Assembly: GCA_017519885.1 (NCBI GenBank)
Contig: JAFWRO010000014.1
Span: 38,086 to 102,085, forward strand
Length of the DNA: 64,000 bases
Reading direction: 5' to 3'
Origin: Bacteroidales bacterium
Lineage (GTDB): Bacteria > Bacteroidota > Bacteroidia > Bacteroidales > UBA3663
Shown piece by piece: positions 57,254 through 64,000 of the stretch. The notes beneath the pieces were generated by a model. That model worked only from the letters and a program-made list of their open reading frames with translations, did not search any database and had not been told where the DNA came from. The translations under genes and the position numbers were made by a program. Each line of letters begins with the position of its first letter. The first letter of the stretch is position 1.

Positions 57254-58411
57254 TTATCCCAGGAAAGCCAGCAGCACACCGGCAGCCACTGCCGATCCGA
57301 TCACACCGGCCACATTCGGGCCCATGGCATGCATGAGCAGATAGTTGGTAGGATCGTATTGCAGGCCAATCTCCTGGCTGATGCGAGCCGAGTCGGGCAC
57401 AGCCGACACACCGGCATTGCCGATGAGCGGATTGATCTTCTTGCCTTCGGGAAGGAACAGGTTGAAGAACTTGACGAAAAGCACTCCCGATGCCGTAGCC
57501 ACGATGAACGACAGCGCACCCAGTGCGAAGATCTCGAGCGACTCAGCCTTCAGGAACGTCGATGCCTGGGTAGAGCAGCCCACCGTGAAGCCCAGCAGGA
57601 TGGTGACGATGTCGATGAGCGGACCCTTGGCTGTGTCGGCCAGTCGGCGGGTCACCCCCGACTCCTTCAACAGATTGCCGAAGAAGAGCATACCCAGCAG
57701 TGGAAGGCCCGAAGGAATGATCCAAGTGGTAAGGAGCAGGCCCAAGATCGGGAAAACTATCTTCTGGCGCTGGCTCACCGATCCCGGTGCCTTCATGCGG
57801 ATGCGTCGTTCCTTATCGGTGGTGAGCAGTTTCATCACAGGTGGCTGGAACACGGGTATCAGTGCCATGTACGAATAGGCAGCCACAGCAATTGCACCCA
57901 TCATGTCTGGGGCCAGTTTGCTCGAAAGGAAGATGGCCGTAGGACCGTCAGCGCCACCGATGATGCCGATGGCACCTGCCTCCTGGGGTGAGAATCCGAG
58001 TGCCAGCGAAAGCATGTAGGCACCGAAGATGCCGAACTGTGCAGCAGCGCCCACCAGCACCATCTTCGGGTTGGCTATCAGCGCCGAGAAGTCGGTCATC
58101 GCGCCAATGCCCAGGAAGATAAGGGGCGGATACCAGCCTTGCTTCACACCGCTATAGAGGATATTCAGCACCGATCCCTCCTCGTAAATGCCGATTTTCA
58201 GTCCGGCTTCAAGTGGGAAAGGAATGTTGCCTACCAGAATGCCAAAACCGATGGGCACAAGGAGCATTGGCTCGAAGTGCTTGGCAATGGCAAGGTAAAT
58301 GAAAATGCAGCCGACAATCGTCATCACCACATTGCCGATTTCCACATTGCCAAAGCCCGTGTATTCCCAAAGGACTTGCAGATTCTCAATAAAAAAGTCT
58401 AACTTGTTCAT
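57254..58411 (-). CDS. Na+-translocating decarboxylase beta subunit (OadB/MmdB family)
   Basis: EPMLLVPIGFG, IGIIGGADGPTAIF, GVSAVPDSAR, HAMGPNVAGVIGSA. Confidence 0.92.
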   Translation of the reverse strand: MNKLDFFIENLQVLWEYTGFGNVEIGNVVMTIVGCIFIYLAIAKHFEPMLLVPIGFGILVGNIPFPLEAGLKIGIYEEGSVLNILYSGVKQGWYPPLIFLGIGAMTDFSALIANPKMVLVGAAAQFGIFGAYMLSLALGFSPQEAGAIGIIGGADGPTAIFLSSKLAPDMMGAIAVAAYSYMALIPVFQPPVMKLLTTDKERRIRMKAPGSVSQRQKIVFPILGLLLTTWIIPSGLPLLGMLFFGNLLKESGVTRRLADTAKGPLIDIVTILLGFTVGCSTQASTFLKAESLEIFALGALSFIVATASGVLFVKFFNLFLPEGKKINPLIGNAGVSAVPDSARISQEIGLQYDPTNYLLMHAMGPNVAGVIGSAVAAGVLLAFLG

Positions 58412-58420
58412 TCGATATGT

Positions 58421-60946
58421 TTACTTTTTCTTCCTGAAGAAGCCTACGATGCGGCTGATGAGCCCTGGATGCTTCCCTTCGTCATTGTTATAGCCGTAGC
58501 CATATCCATAGCGATAGCCGTAACCATAGCCATATCCGTAACTGTAGCCATAACTGTATCCGTACTTTTTGTGGTTCGACATCTGAACATCGTTCAGGAT
58601 AATCGACACATTGTTCAGTTTCTGGGACTTCACTGCCGCCTCAATTTCGTTGATGAAGCGAAGGTCCGACTTGCCCGAACGCACCACATAGATGTTCCTG
58701 TCGACGTGCTTGTTGAGTGTCATCGGGTCGGCAATGACCAGATAGGGTGGCGAGTCGAGGATGACATAATCGTAAACCTTGCGCAGTTCGGCAATAAGGA
58801 TGCCGAATCGGTCGGTCGACAACAACTCATTCGGATTGGGCGGCACGCCTCCCTTAAGCAGAAGGTCCAAGCCGGGGAACTCCTTGATGGGAACCACTGT
58901 CTGATGCCAGTCGTCTATTTCTCCGCTCAGGTAGTTCGACAATCCTTCCGATTGGGTACGCGGCAGGTCGAACAATCGGCGCTGACGGCCTTTGCGCAGG
59001 TCTGTCTCCACCAGGATCACCTTCTTGCCTATCGAGCAAAGGCTGATGGCTACATTGGCCGAAACGAACGATTTGCCTTCACCTGGGATGCTCGAAGTAA
59101 ACTGCAGCACCTTGCCCGACATGAAGCCGATGTTGGTGCGAATGGTTCGCATGGCTTCCGAAAGCACCGATGACGAGCCCGAAGAGCCCTCTTCGGCCAT
59201 ATCCGTAGCCTTGAAGGCACGACCCTCTCTACGAGGCACGACACCCAGCAGGGGCACTCTTGTGCGCGAAACGATATCGTCCGGATTCTGCACCTTGGTC
59301 TTCATCAGCATCAGCAGATAGACGATGAGCAAAGGCAGGAGGAAGCCAATGACGAAGGCTATGAGGAGCACCTGTCGCTTGTTGGGGCCGACAAGCACGG
59401 TATTGTTCTCGGGATATTCCACCACGCGGGCAATGTCGGGCTCGGCCACGATGGTGAGCATCGTCTCTTCACGCTTCTTCTGCAGCAGCACATAGAGTGG
59501 CTCGATCACCGAACGTTCGCGTTCAATCTGGGCAAGGTTGATCTTCTGTCCGGGCACACTCGACAGGTAACCCTTCGAACGTCCCTGCTGACGTGCCAGT
59601 TCCGTACGCTGAAGCGTCAGACTGGTCTTCTGGTTGGCCACCGACTTCTCGATCACGGCCCTCAGGTCGGCAATCTGCTTGCTCAGGCGCTGCACCACAG
59701 GGCTGTTCTCCGACGAACCTGCCAGCAGTCGCGCACGCTCGATGCACGCAGTATTATAATTGGTGATAAAGCCTACAATCGAAGGATCGCTCAGTCCCAC
59801 ATTGCTGGGCAGCACCGTATAGGGTTGGTTCGTCTTGAGTTCGTTGGCAATCATCTCAAGCAAGGTCAACTGCACGTCCACCTCCTGAATCTGCTGTTGT
59901 GCAGTCGCATCTGTATTGAGCGACAGTTTGGCCTGCGATTCCAGGTCAACCATTTGGTTCTTCGAACTGAACTGCTGTATGTTGCCCTCCACGGCCGAAA
60001 GCTGTCCGCTCAGGTCCTCCAGACGATTGTCGATAAACTCCATCGTCTTGGCGTTCGACGTCATGTAGTAGGTCTTGGTCAGTTCGTTGTACTTCTCGAT
60101 GGCCTTGGCCAGAACCTTCTCTGCACGCTCCGGATGGATGTCACGCATCACAAGTTGAAGTATCGAACTGGTGCTCATGCGCGAACTCTGGTCTTCCATC
60201 ACCTCCACGCCAATCTGCCGGGCCAACTCGCGGGCTCGGGCTTGCGGCGAATAGAGCATGATGTAATGCGAACCCGACATGAAGTAGTCGTACGATCCGC
60301 CCTTGAAGCGCGACATGGCCTCCTCCCAGAATCTGAAACGCACCTTTCCCCAATCGCCAAGGGGCAGTTCGTCACCATAGCGCAACACCTTGTCGGCATA
60401 AAGGGTCTCGCCGCCACTGCCGAACAGTCGGCGCACCGAAACTTTCAGCGACGCGCTATCGATCACATCGTAGTCGATGCGGAACGTCGGGAGGTTGTTC
60501 AGGTTGATGCTGTCGCCAGGCGTGAACGTCATGCGAACCTCCTGGGGCAAAGTCTCGCGATTCACCCAATGGTTTCGCACAAAGTACCGCACGTTAAGGC
60601 CCAACTCATCAACGACGGCCTGCAATACAGGCGTCGACTTGATGATGATTTTCTCGTTGGTCAGACTGTTGTACGACTGCATGCCCGTCATGTCGGCAAT
60701 GAACGACATCTGGGCACTCGAACTCATGCCGGCATTCTTGTCAGTGGTGACCATGACAAGTGCAGAGCTGTGATAAGTCTTCGGTTTAACATAAAGATAA
60801 ACCGTCGCACAGCACAGACAAACAAAGATGGAGAGGATGATCCAATAGCGTAGCGCCCAAGTCAATTCAAGGATGGCACGAAGACTCAGACCACTGCCCG
60901 ATTGCAGTTCGTCCTCCTCCTGCTCATTGATGATATATTCACTCAT
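58421..60946 (-). CDS. wzc: Polysaccharide co-polymerase / tyrosine autokinase (Wzc-like)
   Basis: Two TM with periplasmic coiled coil; Walker A GEGKS, ETDLRK, ILDSPP; C-terminal YGY cluster. Confidence 0.9.
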   Translation of the reverse strand: MSEYIINEQEEDELQSGSGLSLRAILELTWALRYWIILSIFVCLCCATVYLYVKPKTYHSSALVMVTTDKNAGMSSSAQMSFIADMTGMQSYNSLTNEKIIIKSTPVLQAVVDELGLNVRYFVRNHWVNRETLPQEVRMTFTPGDSINLNNLPTFRIDYDVIDSASLKVSVRRLFGSGGETLYADKVLRYGDELPLGDWGKVRFRFWEEAMSRFKGGSYDYFMSGSHYIMLYSPQARARELARQIGVEVMEDQSSRMSTSSILQLVMRDIHPERAEKVLAKAIEKYNELTKTYYMTSNAKTMEFIDNRLEDLSGQLSAVEGNIQQFSSKNQMVDLESQAKLSLNTDATAQQQIQEVDVQLTLLEMIANELKTNQPYTVLPSNVGLSDPSIVGFITNYNTACIERARLLAGSSENSPVVQRLSKQIADLRAVIEKSVANQKTSLTLQRTELARQQGRSKGYLSSVPGQKINLAQIERERSVIEPLYVLLQKKREETMLTIVAEPDIARVVEYPENNTVLVGPNKRQVLLIAFVIGFLLPLLIVYLLMLMKTKVQNPDDIVSRTRVPLLGVVPRREGRAFKATDMAEEGSSGSSSVLSEAMRTIRTNIGFMSGKVLQFTSSIPGEGKSFVSANVAISLCSIGKKVILVETDLRKGRQRRLFDLPRTQSEGLSNYLSGEIDDWHQTVVPIKEFPGLDLLLKGGVPPNPNELLSTDRFGILIAELRKVYDYVILDSPPYLVIADPMTLNKHVDRNIYVVRSGKSDLRFINEIEAAVKSQKLNNVSIILNDVQMSNHKKYGYSYGYSYGYGYGYGYRYGYGYGYNNDEGKHPGLISRIVGFFRKKK

Positions 60947-60975
60947 GTAGTGTGCTATTGAATGAAAGAATATTG

Positions 60976-61047
60976 TACCCAGACTGGGAATCGAACCCAG
61001 ATCAAAGGTTTAGGAAACCTCCGTTCTATCCGTTGAACTATCCGGGC
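60976..61047 (-). tRNA. tRNA-Arg(CCT)
   Basis: Reverse complement GCCCGGATAGTTCAACGGATAGAACGGAGGTTTCCTAAACCTTTGATCTGGGTTCGATTCCCAGTCTGGGTA folds as a cloverleaf, anticodon CCT. Confidence 0.93.
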
Positions 61048-61251
61048 AATCCAATGGGCCTTTTGCCGTTTTTCACACGCATATTACCCAATTTTGCGCG
61101 GCAAAGTTACAAAATAAATCAGAAAAACAAAAATATTTCGAAATAATTCTGCCTATTATTTGCATATACCGACAATAATTGCTATTTTTGCAACCTAAAT
61201 TTAACCTTTGGACTGCGTGATCGAGGGTATTTAAGCGACACAAGATAACCA

Positions 61252-61707
61252 ATGGACGAGATACTGACCTGGGGATATCCGGGCTTGATGTTGTGCGGCT
61301 TCATTGCCGGAAGTTGCATTCCTATGAGCAGCGAGGTGGCACTCAGCACAGCCATCGCACTGGGTTGGCCGCAGTGGACTTCCCTCTTTTGGGTCTTCCT
61401 CGGCAACTGGCTCGGCGCTTCGACCAACTACATGATCGGGCGCTTCGCCTCGCTCGACTGGATTGAGCATTGGGTCAAGATCAAGAAGACCAAGCTCAGT
61501 TACATGCAGCACTTCCTGCAAGGCAAGGGCGTTTGGCTGGCACTCGTCAGTTTCTTCCCCACCCTGGGCAATGCCCTGGTCATCAGTTTCGGCATTTCCC
61601 GCACCCCCTTCTGGAAGGTCGGCATCCTGATGGCCATCGGCCGCTTCCTCCGCTACCTCGTCTGGATGTGGATCACCCAAGGCGTCATCCAAGCCTGGTT
61701 CTCCTAG
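61252..61707 (+). CDS. YqaA/DedA (VTT) family membrane protein
   Basis: FIAGSCIPMSSE, LGNWLGASTNYMIGR, MAIGRFLRY. Confidence 0.87.
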   Translation: MDEILTWGYPGLMLCGFIAGSCIPMSSEVALSTAIALGWPQWTSLFWVFLGNWLGASTNYMIGRFASLDWIEHWVKIKKTKLSYMQHFLQGKGVWLALVSFFPTLGNALVISFGISRTPFWKVGILMAIGRFLRYLVWMWITQGVIQAWFS

Positions 61708-61736
61708 CCCCAGGGCCCCGTCCCCTCCTGTCCCCC

Positions 61737-61921
61737 GTCGCGGCCGTCCTTGGCCGCCCCCTCTTGTCCCCGTCAGCAGCCGTGTATGGCTGCCCTCGTG
61801 CCCCTCCCCGCGTCCCGCGTGTTTCTGTCGCGGCCATGCTTGGCTGCCCTCATGCCCTCGCGTCCCCGTCGCGGCCGTCCTTGGCCGCTAAGCGTCCCCG
61901 TCGCAGCCATCTATGGCTGCC
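61737..61921 (+). repeat. Cluster of five REP-like palindromes
   Basis: Copies at 61737, 61772, 61827, 61868, 61900 (gtcGCRGCCrtnnTGGCYGC). Confidence 0.8.
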
Positions 61922-61944
61922 CATCATCACATCACCCATCAACA

Positions 61945-62982
61945 ATGACCAACGATTTCGACATAAGAGAAGCCTCCGAACCCTCGAAGTCCTCCAACGA
62001 AAAGGAGTTCGAGAAAGCCCTTCGCCCCCTCACCTTCGACGACTTCCAGGGCCAGGACAAGGTCAAGGAGAACCTGCGCATCTTCGTGGCTGCCGCCAAG
62101 ATGCGCGGCGAATCTCTCGACCACACCCTCTTCCATGGCCCTCCAGGCCTCGGCAAGACCACCCTTTCCAACATCATCGCCAACGAACTCGGCGTGGGCT
62201 TCAAGGTGACATCGGGTCCTGTCCTTGACAAACCCGGCGACCTCGCCGGTCTGCTCACCTCGCTCGACAAGAACGACGTGCTCTTCATCGACGAGATACA
62301 CCGTCTGTCGCCCATCGTCGAAGAGTACCTCTATTCTGCGATGGAAGACTACCGCATCGACATCCTCATCGACAAGGGCCCCGCTGCCCGCAGCATCCAG
62401 ATCGACCTCAACCCGTTCACCCTCATCGGTGCAACCACGCGTTCTGGCCTGCTCACCGCTCCCCTCCGAGCACGTTTCGGCATCAACATGCACCTCGAAT
62501 ACTACGACACCGAGGTGCTTGCCGGCATCGTCGCACGTTCGGCCCGCATCCTGGGCATGGCATGTATGGAGGAAGCCGCCATCGAGATCGCCTTCCGCAG
62601 TCGTGGCACACCGCGTATCGCCAACTCCCTGTTGCGCCGCGTGCGTGACTTCGCCATGGTGATGGGCAAAAACACCATCGACATCAAGATTGCCAAATAC
62701 GCCCTCGAAGCCCTCGGCGTCGATAAGTACGGCCTCGACCAGATCGACAACAAGCTCCTCACCACCATCATCGACAAGTTCAATGGTGGTCCCGTCGGCC
62801 TCACCAACATCGCCACCGCCCTCGGCGAAGACCCCGGCACCATCGAGGATGTTTACGAGCCCTACCTCATCAAGGAAGGCTTCATCAAGCGCACCCCCCG
62901 CGGTCGCGAAGCCACCCCCCTCGCCTACAAGCACCTCGGCAAATCCCCCACCGGCGACACCCTCCAAGGCACCCTCTTTTAG
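61945..62982 (+). CDS. ruvB: Holliday junction branch migration ATPase RuvB
   Basis: [52 protein letters not shown]. Confidence 0.96.
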   Translation: MTNDFDIREASEPSKSSNEKEFEKALRPLTFDDFQGQDKVKENLRIFVAAAKMRGESLDHTLFHGPPGLGKTTLSNIIANELGVGFKVTSGPVLDKPGDLAGLLTSLDKNDVLFIDEIHRLSPIVEEYLYSAMEDYRIDILIDKGPAARSIQIDLNPFTLIGATTRSGLLTAPLRARFGINMHLEYYDTEVLAGIVARSARILGMACMEEAAIEIAFRSRGTPRIANSLLRRVRDFAMVMGKNTIDIKIAKYALEALGVDKYGLDQIDNKLLTTIIDKFNGGPVGLTNIATALGEDPGTIEDVYEPYLIKEGFIKRTPRGREATPLAYKHLGKSPTGDTLQGTLF

Positions 62983-62993
62983 TAAGTGTTCCC

Positions 62994-63052
62994 GTCGGCA
63001 GCCGTCCTTGGCTGCCATCCCCCTGTTCCCGTCGCAGCCATCTATGGCTGCC
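62994..63052 (+). repeat. Two REP-like palindromes
   Basis: gtcGGCAGCCgtcctTGGCTGCC and gtcGCAGCCAtctaTGGCTGCc. Confidence 0.75.
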
Positions 63053-63069
63053 CTCACCCCGTCCCCACC

Positions 63070-64000
63070 ATGTCCTTCCTGAAATCCCTCCTCAAAGATA
63101 CCGCCCTCTACGGCCTCACCTCCATCGTAGGCCGCTTTCTCAACTACCTGCTCGTCCCGGTTTACACCAAGGTGATGCCGGCCGTGTCGGGCGAATATGG
63201 CGTCGTGACCAACATGTACGCCTACACCGCTCTCATCCTCGCCGTCCTCACCTTCGGCATGGAGACCACCTTCTTCCGTTTTGCCAACAAGGCCGAAGAG
63301 AATCCTCGCGACGTCTATTCCACCGCATTGCTTACCGTAGGAGGCCTCTCCCTCCTCTTCCTCACCCTGGTACTGACGTTCCTCACCCCCATCTCGCAGT
63401 CGCTCGGCTACGGCGCCCATCCCGAGTACATCGCCATCATGGCCATCATCGTAGCCATCGATGCCTTCGCCTGCATTCCCTTCAGTTACCTGCGTTACCA
63501 GCAGAAGGCCAAGAAGTTCTGTACCCTCAAGATGGTCAATATCCTGGTCAACATCGGTCTCAACATCTTTGTCTTCCTCGATTGCCCAAGGATCTACCAG
63601 TCGCATCCCGAGCTCATCTCCTGGTTCTACAATCCCGAGTACCTCGCCGGCTATGTCTTCGCCATCAACCTCATCACTTCGGTCATCACCCTGTTCCTGC
63701 TTATGAAGGAATGGATGCCGTTCGGCCAGTTCCACACCTCCAGCGGACAGAGCCTACCCTTCCGCTACGTATGGGACCGCCAGCTCTTCCGCCGCATGTT
63801 CAAATATAGTTATCCCGTGCTCATCCTCAGCATAGCCGGCATCCTCAACCAGACCATGGACAAGATCATCTACCCCTTCCTCGTCCCTGGCGCCGAAGGT
63901 GTACGCCAACTTGGCATCTACGGAGCTGCAGCCAAGATTGCCATGATTATGGCAATGTTCACGCAGGCGTTCCGTTATGCCTACGAGCCCATCATCTTCA
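63070..64000 (+). CDS. Polysaccharide biosynthesis / flippase-like (Wzx/MOP) membrane protein, partial
   Basis: MSFLKSLLKDTALYGLTSIVGRFLNYLLVP...LTFGMETTFFRF; open to the window end. Confidence 0.85.
   Translation, partial: MSFLKSLLKDTALYGLTSIVGRFLNYLLVPVYTKVMPAVSGEYGVVTNMYAYTALILAVLTFGMETTFFRFANKAEENPRDVYSTALLTVGGLSLLFLTLVLTFLTPISQSLGYGAHPEYIAIMAIIVAIDAFACIPFSYLRYQQKAKKFCTLKMVNILVNIGLNIFVFLDCPRIYQSHPELISWFYNPEYLAGYVFAINLITSVITLFLLMKEWMPFGQFHTSSGQSLPFRYVWDRQLFRRMFKYSYPVLILSIAGILNQTMDKIIYPFLVPGAEGVRQLGIYGAAAKIAMIMAMFTQAFRYAYEPIIF

Noticed and set aside
60976-61047. tRNA-anchored genomic island or prophage
   Set aside because: No integrase, and I saw no duplicated tRNA 3' end in the window.
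61750-61944. N-terminal extension of RuvB given by the ORF track
   Set aside because: It is translated REP-like repeat DNA; RuvB similarity starts at ATG 61945.
61939-63735. 598-aa minus-strand ORF (and similar long ORFs at 23207-24892, 35205-36500, 51054-52100, 55902-56840)
   Set aside because: Antisense shadows of well-supported genes, caused by strong third-position C bias; no recognisable motifs.

Overview
64 kb of chromosomal DNA from a Bacteroidales (Prevotella-like) bacterium, inferred from the TAnnTTTG promoters, a complete porP-K-L-M-N type IX secretion operon, T9SS-type C-terminal tails and the gene repertoire. It holds about 47 CDS (housekeeping gluQ, nadE, prfB, ruvB; GH2, GH9, GH106 and GH42 glycosidases; transporters; two large T9SS cargo proteins) and one tRNA-Arg(CCT). 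I see no integrase, transposase, cas gene or reverse transcriptase. The strongest candidates for something new are: (1) a locus at 1-5640 with an NrtR-type Nudix-wHTH regulator, an ADP-ribosylglycohydrolase, a vWA fusion to a putative macro-like domain, a DUF6717-like protein, an ECF sigma and a LytTR-only regulator, tied together by five GT-N7-AC boxes; (2) a 10-unit array of 28-bp palindromes at a 41-42 bp period (29992-30393); (3) a dispersed, strand-polarised REP-like palindrome family (13 copies, one in frame inside a CDS); (4) an Acr1-like reductase / acyl-CoA ligase pair; (5) a membrane AraC sensor next to a surface protein with 390-bp repeats. All family calls come from motif recognition by eye, not database searches.
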